From NCBI GenBank assembly GCA_036384115.1, contig DASVMZ010000022.1:81303-145302 (forward strand): 64,000 nt of DNA, written 5' to 3'. The notes under the pieces were generated by a model. The model was not told where the DNA came from, did no database searches, and was given only the letters and a program-made list of their open reading frames with translations. The stretch is from Sphingobium sp. GTDB taxonomy: Bacteria; Pseudomonadota; Alphaproteobacteria; Sphingomonadales; Sphingomonadaceae. The position numbers and the translations under genes were made by a program. How positions within the stretch are numbered: position 1 is the stretch's first letter; every line of letters starts with the position of its first letter. Of the stretch, positions 51,594-60,544 are shown in pieces.

Positions 51594-54263
51594 TCAGAAC
51601 AATTGCTTGCGGAGCGAGATGGTGATCGTCCGTCCCAGCGGATCGACCAGCCCCGGACGATAGGCCAGCGGAGTCTGGCCAGTGCCGTCCGTCACCCTTT
51701 GCCGGGTATTGAGGATATTGTTCACGCCGAACTGAATGCGTGCACCGCGCAACCAGGGCATTTTCGTCACCAGTTCCGGGCGCTGGCCGAGATTGGCGAA
51801 GAGGCGCAGGTTGAAGGTCGCAAGGTCGGAGAAGCGCAGGTTGGACGTGGGCACACCCGCCGTGCCGACGACCCGGGTCGCGCTTTCCCACTTGCCGGTC
51901 AGCCGCGCGCCAAAGCCGCTCTGCGCAAAGCCGGCCTGCAACTCCAGTTCATGGCGGGGCTGGCCCGCCCGATCGCCGAGCGTACCGCCGTTCAGCAGGT
52001 CGATCTCCGGCAGGCTGCCTGCCAACCGCACCTTATCGACCAGGTTGATGGTGTGATAGAAGGCGACATTGATCCGGCCGCCGCCGCCGGGACCACCGGG
52101 ACCGCGACCACCGCCAAAACCACCGCCGCCGGGGCCACCGCCGCCGGGACCGCCGAAGCCGCCTCCGCCCGGAGCGCCACCGCCCGCACCGCCGCCTGCG
52201 CTGCGATTGGCGCTGCCGCCCATGCCGCCTGCTACCGCGCTGCTGCTATTGCTGCCGCCCTGTCCATTGCCCTGCCCACCGACAGCGCCATCGGGGCGGG
52301 GACCACCCTCTCCCTCACGCGGCGGGCCATCGCCACGGCCGAAATTCTGCGGGAAGCCATTGGGAAAGCGCGCCGCCTGCGCCTTTCGCATCGCGTCGAT
52401 CTGCGACTGGGGCATCTTGAGCGTCTTGGTGAAATTGAGACCCCAGCGGATCGAGCTGCTCTCGCGCCGCGCGATATTGATCGAGCGTGTGTCGATGCTG
52501 ACCAGCTCGCCCGTGGCGCGATTGCGCTCGAACCGCTGGCCCAGATTGGGTTCGTCGGAGAAGCGACTGCCGAACGCTGCCTCCGACGCATTGGTCGTGC
52601 CGGGCAGCGAGCCAACGCCATCGGTCGCCACCCGCCGGTTATAATCCACGCTCAGGGTCAGGTCCGGCTTGGTGTTGAACGGCTTGAGCGTCAGGCCCAG
52701 CCGCATGTCATTCTGGTCGGCGGAGCGCAGGCCCCGGTTGCCACCGCTGGTCTGGGTGACGTTGACCGTCCTGCCGGTCTGATAATCGAACACCTGCACG
52801 TTGGTGGTGAGGATCGTCGGATTGCCGAGCTGCTGCACGGTCGGTGCGCTCTCCTGCCCCTTGAACGACGCGATCAGGGCAACGCCACTGCGCGGACGCC
52901 AGTTCAGGCCGAAGCCATAGCCCTTGACCGTGCCGAAGTCGGACAGCGACTGCACCTCGACATTGCCGTTCACCGACAGCTTGCCGATGAAGGGAGACAG
53001 GCTCTTGACCAGCGGCACGTCGACGCTCAGCCCGCCCAGGCCGATCGACCGGTCCAGCGATGCCGCGCTGTAGACGCTCGACCGGGTGGATTCGGATTCG
53101 AAGCCATTATAGCTGCCGCCGACATGCGCGGTCAGCGAGATTTCGCCCGCAGGCAGGCGATACAGATTGCCGTTCACCGTCAGATCGGTGGCGGCAAGAT
53201 CGGTGCGGCTGCGGGCAAGGTCGCTGGGCCGCATGGGCGCAAAGCCGAACGCCACCGGGAGGGTCGGGTCCACGGTGCCGTTGACAATCCCGGCCTGATA
53301 ATCGGCCAGATCATAACCGCGCGCGGTGATCGTGCGCGATTCGTCATGGGTGTAAGTGCTGGTCAGCGTGCCGCGCCATGCCTTGCCATCCGCGTTGATC
53401 GTATTGCCGAACCGAACGGTCTGGCCGCTGCCGCTCCGTTCCAGCCCAGTGATGGGAAAGGCCGTCGGGATGGTAGGGTTGGAGACAGATGGGCCGGTCA
53501 GCGCTCTGGTCTGGTCGGTCGTCAGTTCCGCGTTGATCGAACTGTTGAGCCAGCTCGCCAGCGGCCGGGCATAGGTGCCGGTAATGGTCAGTTGCCGGTC
53601 GGAGGGGATCGCCGTACGCTGCGTATCGCCGCCTGTCACGGGGTTCACGATGCCGCGCGCCGACTCCATCAGCGCGGCCGTCCGCTGATATTCGACATTG
53701 AGGTTGAGGCGGCCATTGCGACGGATGGCGAGGAAGCCGGCTTCCCCTTCCGCCTGATTGGCACCGCCATCGGTCGCGATCCTGTCCTTGGCCTCCAGCG
53801 TGAAGGCGCGGAACCGGCGACGCAGGATGATGTTCATCACTTTCTGGTCGGCCGGATAGCCATATTTGAGCGCGACCTCCTCCGGCATAATTTCCACCCG
53901 CTGGATCGCCTCGGTCGGGATGGTCGCGATTTCACGGAAGCTGGAGACACGGCGGCCCTCCAGCAAAACCACCGGCTGTCCGCCCCGACCGCTGGTCAAC
54001 TGGGGTGCAAGTTCGGACACGAGTTCCGAAATATCGCTGACGCCAAGCGCGCGGACATCGCCGGGGTTCATCGTCAGTTCGGGCTGGAAATCGCCGACCA
54101 CGGAGCCGCGCAGGCGCTGGCCCTCGACCACGATCTCCTCTTCGTCCGGTGCCGACACCGTATTGGGCCGCTGGCGCGGCGCTTCATCGGCCTGCGCGAA
54201 TACCATATGCGGCATGAGCGCGGCAGACGCCAAGAACGCGCCAGTCAACGAAAGCTTTTTCAC
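51594..54263 (-). CDS. TonB-dependent receptor-like outer-membrane protein with Gly-rich insertion
   Basis: GTG start with RBS; signal peptide; TonB box EEIVVEG; plug IPTEAIQRVEI; NNILN and GRTITISLRKQLF ending. Confidence 0.88.
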   Translation of the reverse strand: MKKLSLTGAFLASAALMPHMVFAQADEAPRQRPNTVSAPDEEEIVVEGQRLRGSVVGDFQPELTMNPGDVRALGVSDISELVSELAPQLTSGRGGQPVVLLEGRRVSSFREIATIPTEAIQRVEIMPEEVALKYGYPADQKVMNIILRRRFRAFTLEAKDRIATDGGANQAEGEAGFLAIRRNGRLNLNVEYQRTAALMESARGIVNPVTGGDTQRTAIPSDRQLTITGTYARPLASWLNSSINAELTTDQTRALTGPSVSNPTIPTAFPITGLERSGSGQTVRFGNTINADGKAWRGTLTSTYTHDESRTITARGYDLADYQAGIVNGTVDPTLPVAFGFAPMRPSDLARSRTDLAATDLTVNGNLYRLPAGEISLTAHVGGSYNGFESESTRSSVYSAASLDRSIGLGGLSVDVPLVKSLSPFIGKLSVNGNVEVQSLSDFGTVKGYGFGLNWRPRSGVALIASFKGQESAPTVQQLGNPTILTTNVQVFDYQTGRTVNVTQTSGGNRGLRSADQNDMRLGLTLKPFNTKPDLTLSVDYNRRVATDGVGSLPGTTNASEAAFGSRFSDEPNLGQRFERNRATGELVSIDTRSINIARRESSSIRWGLNFTKTLKMPQSQIDAMRKAQAARFPNGFPQNFGRGDGPPREGEGGPRPDGAVGGQGNGQGGSNSSSAVAGGMGGSANRSAGGGAGGGAPGGGGFGGPGGGGPGGGGFGGGRGPGGPGGGGRINVAFYHTINLVDKVRLAGSLPEIDLLNGGTLGDRAGQPRHELELQAGFAQSGFGARLTGKWESATRVVGTAGVPTSNLRFSDLATFNLRLFANLGQRPELVTKMPWLRGARIQFGVNNILNTRQRVTDGTGQTPLAYRPGLVDPLGRTITISLRKQLF

Positions 54264-54771
54264 CTGAACCCCTTCCCCGAATTTCCCTGAAGGTCCAGCG
54301 CCGCCCTTGTTCCGCGTGCCCTGAACCAAAGCTGACCATTACACCCATGAAACGCGCAGGAGCCAGCCAGCCATGCCCTCTACCCCGCAATTGTATCATT
54401 GGCTTGTCGGGCAATTGCGAACTTGTCGCAAAATGTAAGCCCAGCATCAGCTTTCCCGATGCCCATCAGTAGCGGCGGAATATCTTGCGGACCAATTGTC
54501 CCCGCCACGGAAAGCCATGATAGTTGAAGAAGAACCAGCCATAGACGCGCGTGAAATATAGCACCGCCCAGGCCATGGGATCATGCTGACCCCGCATATG
54601 CCGGTACAGCGCCATGTCGGCGATCAGCCTGTCCCGCTCTCGTCCGCCGCCGTTGATGCCATAGGCATTGTCATGCCGACGACAACCGATGTTCCGGTTG
54701 TGCTTCCGGCCATCCATGAACAGGCAATATTGACGTTCCTTTTCAGACATGGCGCGGCTAAGCATCGCGCG

Positions 54772-55926
54772 ATGCAAATGTTCAAGCGCAAAGTGCTGTA
54801 TCTGGGCGGCTTCGACCCGCGGGGCGCACGTTTCTATCACGCGCTCTGCGCGGAGCAGGTCAAACGGCTCGATAACCCGCCCTCCGTCAGTACGCGGCGC
54901 CGCATCGACGGTGACGTCCGGTGGGAGGTGACGGCGCACGACGGCAGCTTCCAGACATCGCACGAGTTTCTGGTGTGGGATGACCTTGTCCGCCGTCATT
55001 GGGTCAAGGGACCGAAGGCGCTGATCGTCAACACGTTGCGCGCCTACGCCAACTTCAGCCGTCTGATCGACTGGCGCGCCGCGCGTGTCGTGCCACGTGG
55101 TAGCAAGATCACATTATTCTACCCCGGCGCGTCGATGTTCCTGCTGCCGATCTTGGTTACGCTGCTCCTCGGCGCGTTGCTTGCGATTGTCCTGCCGGTT
55201 GTCATTGCCCTGCCGGTGGCGATGGCGATCGCCATCGCTCTGACCCCACCCGTCATGCAGCGGCTGCATAGCAAGTGGCTGCTGCGTTTCATCATCTTCA
55301 ACGATTTGGTCGCACGAGAGGCCACCGATCCGGCGCTCGCCACACGGCTTTCGCGGTTCGTCGACAGGGTCGAGGCTGCCCTGGACGAGGAGGAATGGGA
55401 CGAAGTCCTATTCGTCACGCACAGCAACGGGTCAATCCTGGCCATGCCAGTGATGGCTGATTTACTCGACCGGCGCGCGGGGCAATTGCCCGGGCATTTC
55501 ACGCTCGTCACGCTCGGCTCGACCATCCAGTTGGTCGCCCTGCGCCGGGATGCCGCCGCTTTTCGCGCAGTGCTCAAGAGAGTGGCGGCATGGCGTTTCC
55601 GCTGGCTCGACATCGGTTCACTGACCGACGGCGCCTGCATCCCGCTGGTCGATCCCTGCAACGGCACCGGGGTCGAGCGACCTCCCGGCATCGTCCAGTT
55701 CAGCCCCCGCTGGTTCCGCTATAGCGACCCTGCCGCCTACGCGCGGCGGCGGTTCGACAAATATGACATTCATTTCGACTATCTGCGCCGTCTCGATAAA
55801 CCGTCCGCGCTTGACTATGTCGGCATAACCTGCGGCGGGCGCCCGTTACCCGCCTCCATGGCCGCGTTTCAGGCTGAGAATGCGCCCGAATCGGGTAACG
55901 AACAGGGTGGCTCCGCGCATGTCTGA
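54772..55926 (+). CDS. Membrane-anchored alpha/beta-hydrolase-like protein
   Basis: RKVLYLGGFDPRG, central TM hairpin, THSNG nucleophile elbow, TLG, D (TDGAC) and late H (DIHFDY). Confidence 0.7.
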   Translation: MQMFKRKVLYLGGFDPRGARFYHALCAEQVKRLDNPPSVSTRRRIDGDVRWEVTAHDGSFQTSHEFLVWDDLVRRHWVKGPKALIVNTLRAYANFSRLIDWRAARVVPRGSKITLFYPGASMFLLPILVTLLLGALLAIVLPVVIALPVAMAIAIALTPPVMQRLHSKWLLRFIIFNDLVAREATDPALATRLSRFVDRVEAALDEEEWDEVLFVTHSNGSILAMPVMADLLDRRAGQLPGHFTLVTLGSTIQLVALRRDAAAFRAVLKRVAAWRFRWLDIGSLTDGACIPLVDPCNGTGVERPPGIVQFSPRWFRYSDPAAYARRRFDKYDIHFDYLRRLDKPSALDYVGITCGGRPLPASMAAFQAENAPESGNEQGGSAHV

Positions 55927-57295
55927 GTGTCCCTTCACCCCACCCTACCCCGTCCCGCACAGGAGCCGGGCATCGCTGGTCAAACGCTTCTTCACCGGCT
56001 GGAACAGCTGGATCCACACCTTGTTCGAGCGCAGCTACACGATGAAGATGGGCGAGATTCACCTGCCCAAACTAGACTTCTACATCGCCAATGAGTTGTC
56101 CATCGTCGAACGGGTGATGACGGATGCCGACCGGGAGTTCCCCAAACACCAGTTCCTCAGCGACCTGGTCGAGCCGCTGATCGGGCAGAGCGTGTTCAAC
56201 ACCAATGGCAAGGTATGGGACGACCAACGGCGGATGATAAACCCCGCTTTCGCCCACACCAACCTCAAACGGGTCTATGACCTGATGAGCGATGCGGTGG
56301 CCGACATGCTGGCCCATCTCAAGGCGCAGGATCATGACGGACCGATCGACATCGACCCGGTGATGACCCATGTGACCGCCGACGTGATCTTCCGCACCAT
56401 GTTCTCGATCAACCTCGACCGGGACGAGGCCTTGCAGATCCACCATGCCTTCACGAAATTCCAAAAAAATGCCCAACCGGGCGCGATGCTGCGCGTTTAC
56501 GGCCTGCCCACCCTCGGCTTTCCCCGGCGCGCGTTGAAGGCATCCGCGCAGATCCATGCGGTGTTCGAGCCGCTGGTCCGCGCCCGCTACGATGCCTTCC
56601 ACCGGGGCGACATATCGCCGCAGCCGGACATATTGCAGTCGCTGCTGGAGGCCAGACACCCGGAGACGGGCGAACCTTTCAGCTTTCAGGAACTGATCGA
56701 CCAGATCGCGCTGATCTTTCTTGCAGGGCATGAGACATCGGCCAGCGCGCTGAGCTGGGCGCTCTATCTCCTTGCCGAAAGCCCCAACCTCCAGGAGACG
56801 CTCCATGCAGAGATTGTGGCGGCGGCGGGGGATGGTCCCATCGGCTTCGAGCATCTCAAAGGCATGGACGGCGTCCGCAACATGTTCCGCGAGACCTTGC
56901 GCCTCTACCCACCCATCGGCTTTTTCGCGCGCACCATCACCAGGCCTACGGTCATGCGCGAGAAGAAGATGAAGCCCGGCGCGATGATCGTCATCTCGCC
57001 CTGGCTGATCCAGCGCAACAAGGATAATTTCACCTGCCCGCACAGCTTCGACCCGGACCGCTTCACCCGGCCGGAGGAAGCCGAGGCGGTGAAGACCGCC
57101 TACATGCCGTTCGGCAAGGGGCCGCGCATCTGCGTGGGCGCGGGGTTCGCGCAGCAGGAGGCGATGCTGGTGCTGGCCGCGATCATCCGGGCATTCCGCA
57201 TGGACTATCCGGCGGGGCCTAAGCCGGAGCCGGTGAGCCGGCTGACCCTGCGACCCAAGAAGGGGATCAGGATCAGGCTTAGCCCGCGGGTGTAG
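55919..57295 (+). CDS. Cytochrome P450
   Basis: AGHETSA, ETLR, FDPDRF, PFGKGPRICVG heme motif; overlaps the upstream gene. Confidence 0.95.
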   Translation: MSECPFTPPYPVPHRSRASLVKRFFTGWNSWIHTLFERSYTMKMGEIHLPKLDFYIANELSIVERVMTDADREFPKHQFLSDLVEPLIGQSVFNTNGKVWDDQRRMINPAFAHTNLKRVYDLMSDAVADMLAHLKAQDHDGPIDIDPVMTHVTADVIFRTMFSINLDRDEALQIHHAFTKFQKNAQPGAMLRVYGLPTLGFPRRALKASAQIHAVFEPLVRARYDAFHRGDISPQPDILQSLLEARHPETGEPFSFQELIDQIALIFLAGHETSASALSWALYLLAESPNLQETLHAEIVAAAGDGPIGFEHLKGMDGVRNMFRETLRLYPPIGFFARTITRPTVMREKKMKPGAMIVISPWLIQRNKDNFTCPHSFDPDRFTRPEEAEAVKTAYMPFGKGPRICVGAGFAQQEAMLVLAAIIRAFRMDYPAGPKPEPVSRLTLRPKKGIRIRLSPRV

Positions 57296-57354
57296 GGAGC
57301 TGCGAGGAAAGCCCGAAGCCGGCCAGAGCCAATCGCGGCTGTGTGGCCAACTGG

Positions 57355-57580
57355 CACCATGGCGGCACGCTGACCGCCGGGGACATCATGTCGCGCGACA
57401 TCACACCATCCATGGCGAGGCTGGCGTCGCGGAGGCAGCGGCGCTGCTCCATGGCCGCAGACTGCTATCGCTGCCGGTGGTGGACACCACGGGCCGGGCA
57501 AAGGGCATCGTCAGCCTACTCGACCTGCACCACGATGGCGTGCTGGCCCACCATATCGCGTCCGACCCGCTGATCGTCGA
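57355..57580 (+). pseudogene. CBS-domain remnant (HPP-CBS-like)
   Basis: TLTAGDIMSRDI in one frame and LPVVD..GRAKGIVSLLDL in another; no intact ORF. Confidence 0.5.
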
Positions 57581-57883
57581 ACCGGAGAGGCCCTGGCCGC
57601 CCTCATCCGCCCATTGTCGGAGGGGCAGCACCACGCCAGGTGGTGGATGGAGAGCGGCAGTTGCGCGGCGTGGTCACGCAGACGAAAATGATCGCCGTCC
57701 TGACCGCTACCACGCCCTGATCCGACAAACATCGGCTCGGGGTAGAAAACGATCCTACGCTGCCATGGGATTGGGCGGAACCAACCATGGCACAGCCCGG
57801 TTATCTTTCCACAGGGGGAATTATCGCGGTGCGCCGTGACGGCCGCTCTGTTCCGCCGCCGCCGTCCATCGCCGGAGAAGGCC

Positions 57884-58135
57884 ATGAAGCATTCCCTCAC
57901 AACAATCGTCCTGCTCGCCGCAAGTCTGGCGCTGGGCGGCTGCGTCGATGACTATGGCGGCAGATATGGCGGGGTATATTCGGCCGGTGCCTATCCCTAT
58001 GGCGGTGGCTATTATGACGGCTATCCCGCTGGCGGCTATTATCGTGGCAACAGCTATTATCGCGGCCCTGAAAGAGCCTATCGTCACAACAGTTATCGCG
58101 ATCGGGCTTATCGTTCGGCACCACGCACCCATTGA
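57884..58135 (+). CDS. Gly/Tyr/Arg-rich small lipoprotein (probably prematurely terminated)
   Basis: RBS GGAG, lipobox LGGC, low-complexity YGG/YYRG; same frame stays open to 58264. Confidence 0.75.
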   Translation: MKHSLTTIVLLAASLALGGCVDDYGGRYGGVYSAGAYPYGGGYYDGYPAGGYYRGNSYYRGPERAYRHNSYRDRAYRSAPRTH

Positions 58136-58323
58136 GATTATGGCCACCGCGACGATCGTACCGTCCGCGACAGTGCAGGCCGCGACAATGATGCGAACCG
58201 CAACAACTGGAGCCACAATCCTGTCAGGAGCGGAGGGCGAAATCGCTGGAATGGGCAGCGCTGAACCCCCGATACATGAGCGTAGTATCGGACGCTGCGC
58301 CGGCGCTTCCCCTCCAAAATGGG

Positions 58324-58357
58324 AAAAGCCCGACCTGTTCGACAGGCCGGGCTTTTT
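58324..58357. terminator. Bidirectional intrinsic terminator
   Basis: AAAAGCCCGACCTGT-tcg-ACAGGCCGGGCTTTT (one mismatch) between convergent genes. Confidence 0.8.
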
Positions 58358-58378
58358 GAGATTAGAAGAGGGCGGACC

Positions 58379-59227
58379 TTATATGGCCCAAGGCTCTTCG
58401 CCTTCCAGCTTGGTGCGGAGCATCATGCGGCCGCAATTGGGATCATAGGCTTCGGCGCGGTGCATGGTGCCGGTATTGTCCCAGATCACCAGATCGCCGA
58501 CCGACCATTCATGGCTGTAGCTGAACTGCTCGCTGGTGGCCCATTCGCGCAGGCCAACGATGATCCGGGCGCTTTCCGCATGATCCACGCCGATGACATG
58601 ATGCGCGGTACAGCCGAGGACCAGCGACTTGCGGCCGGATTCATGCTTCCAGACGAGGGGCAGTTCCTTCTCGCCGATGGACTGCATCATCTTGAGCTTG
58701 GCGAAACTCGGCTCCGGCTCATAATAGAAGAGCGAGGCCCAGGGCGCATGCAGCACGTTCAACGCATCATATTTCGCCTTGTCCTCGTCGGACAGCGCCT
58801 CATAGGCGGCATAGGTGTTGCAGAAGCCGGTGTTGCCGGTGCCCTTGGGACTGGGCACCTTGCAGGTCAGCAGCGATGCGAGAATCGGCACGTCGTTGCG
58901 CGTGCCGTCGATGTGCCAGTAGAGCGAACCTTTGAGATATTCGGCCGCCGAAGGATTTTCCTTCACGTCCAGCGTGATCTTGGAGACATTGCGGCCATCC
59001 GCACCCTCGGGCGCGAAGGTGCCGAGCGTCTCGGTGAACGCAACCTGCTCCTCATTGGTGAAGTTGATCTGAGGGAAGACCAGGATGCCGCGTTGCTCCA
59101 GCAGTTCGCGCATCGGCTTGGCGAATATGCCGCTGAGCAATTCCGCCTTATTGTTGAGGATGCGGCTGCCGATGTTCGGCTTGACCTTTTCATGAAGAAA
59201 CTGGGCGGTTTTTGCGGCCGTCGCCAT
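58379..59227 (-). CDS. TauD/TfdA Fe(II)/2-oxoglutarate dioxygenase
   Basis: WHID (HxD), GNTGF, WSVGDLVIWDN..TMHRA, terminal catalytic R. Confidence 0.92.
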   Translation of the reverse strand: MATAAKTAQFLHEKVKPNIGSRILNNKAELLSGIFAKPMRELLEQRGILVFPQINFTNEEQVAFTETLGTFAPEGADGRNVSKITLDVKENPSAAEYLKGSLYWHIDGTRNDVPILASLLTCKVPSPKGTGNTGFCNTYAAYEALSDEDKAKYDALNVLHAPWASLFYYEPEPSFAKLKMMQSIGEKELPLVWKHESGRKSLVLGCTAHHVIGVDHAESARIIVGLREWATSEQFSYSHEWSVGDLVIWDNTGTMHRAEAYDPNCGRMMLRTKLEGEEPWAI

Positions 59228-59270
59228 CGAGAAATCCTTTGAAACAAAGGGTGAGAACATGGTTCTATTT

Positions 59271-59295
59271 TTGACCGAATAGCTATTCACGTCAA
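59271..59295. promoter_or_regulatory. Palindromic operator upstream of TauD-like gene
   Basis: TTGAC-c-GAATAGCTATTC-ac-GTCAA. Confidence 0.5.
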
Positions 59296-59362
59296 GAGCC
59301 AGCTTTCGCCAGGTCGAATATCGCCGCGCAGCTTAGCAAATGCTGGCCTCGCCGTTCCAGGG

Positions 59363-60544
59363 TCAGAGAGCCTCACCCGCAGCCCGCCCACTCGCCCATG
59401 CCCATTGGAAATTATAGCCGCCCAGCCAACCGGTCACGTCCACCGCCTCGCCGATTGCGTAGAGGCCCGGCATACGCGCCGCTTCCATGGTGCGGGACGA
59501 GAGGTGGTTGGTCGCAATGCCGCCCGCCGTTACCTCCGCCTTGGCATAGCCCTCCGTCCCGTTAGGTGTGAAAGGCCAGTCGGCAAGGCAGGTCTGCACC
59601 GCCCGCAATGCCTTATCGGAAAGGGCACCCAGTTCGCCCGCCACGCCAGCCTGTTGAAGCAGAGCATCGGCCAGCCGCTCCGGCAGATGCTGCGCCAGCA
59701 ACCGGCGAATGGCGAGGCGCGGACGGACGCGCTTTTCGTCAAGCAGCCAGTCGGTCCACATGTCCGGCAGGAAGTTGACGCCGATGGCCGTGCGATGCTC
59801 CCAATAGGATGAGATTTGCAGCATCGCCGGGCCGGACAGGCCACGATGCGTGAAGAGCGCAGCTTCGCGGAACCGGGTCTTGTTCCAGCGTACGACGACT
59901 TCCGCGGACACACCCGAAAGCGACTGGAACAGCGCATCGTCGGGGCCGAGCGTGAAGGGGACGAGCGCAGGGCGCGGTTGCACCACCGACAGGCCAAACT
60001 GGCGCGCGACATCATAGGCAAAGCCCGTTGCGCCCATCTTTGGAATGGACGGCCCGCCGGTGGCAAGGACAAGGGCAGGGGCAACCGCTTCCTGCCCGCC
60101 GATGGTCACGCGATATCCGCCGTCGGCATGGGTGACGGCGTCCACCGCCCGGCCGAGCGACCATATGACGCTGCCCTTGGCACATTCCTCGACCATCATG
60201 TCCACGATCTGCCGCGCCGGGCCGTCGCAAAAAAGCTGGCCCAACGTCTTTTCATGATGGGCGATGCCATAGCTGTCGACCAGTTCGATGAACTGTTGCG
60301 GCTTGTACCGCCCCAGCGCGGACTTGGCGAAATGCGGGTTGGCGGACAGGAAACGGTCCGCCGCCGTATTGACGTTGGTGAAATTGCACCGCCCGCCGCC
60401 GGAAATGAGGATCTTCTTGCCCGGCTCATCCGCGTGGTCGACCAGCAGCACCCGCTTGCCCCGCCCGCCCGCCGTCGCCGCGCACATCATACCCGCCGCG
60501 CCTGCGCCCAATATGATCGCGTCGAAACTATTGGTGCCGGTCAT
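59363..60544 (-). CDS. HI0933/YhiN (BaiN-like) flavoprotein
   Basis: GAGAAG, GKKILISGGGRCNFTN, LFTHRGLSGPA, GWLGGYNFQWA. Confidence 0.93.
   Translation of the reverse strand: MTGTNSFDAIILGAGAAGMMCAATAGGRGKRVLLVDHADEPGKKILISGGGRCNFTNVNTAADRFLSANPHFAKSALGRYKPQQFIELVDSYGIAHHEKTLGQLFCDGPARQIVDMMVEECAKGSVIWSLGRAVDAVTHADGGYRVTIGGQEAVAPALVLATGGPSIPKMGATGFAYDVARQFGLSVVQPRPALVPFTLGPDDALFQSLSGVSAEVVVRWNKTRFREAALFTHRGLSGPAMLQISSYWEHRTAIGVNFLPDMWTDWLLDEKRVRPRLAIRRLLAQHLPERLADALLQQAGVAGELGALSDKALRAVQTCLADWPFTPNGTEGYAKAEVTAGGIATNHLSSRTMEAARMPGLYAIGEAVDVTGWLGGYNFQWAWASGRAAGEAL

Noticed and set aside
51603-54290. 895-aa plus-strand ORF and Pro-rich 52069-52644 ORF
   Set aside because: Antisense to the TonB receptor; the poly-Pro is just the reverse complement of the Gly-rich loop.
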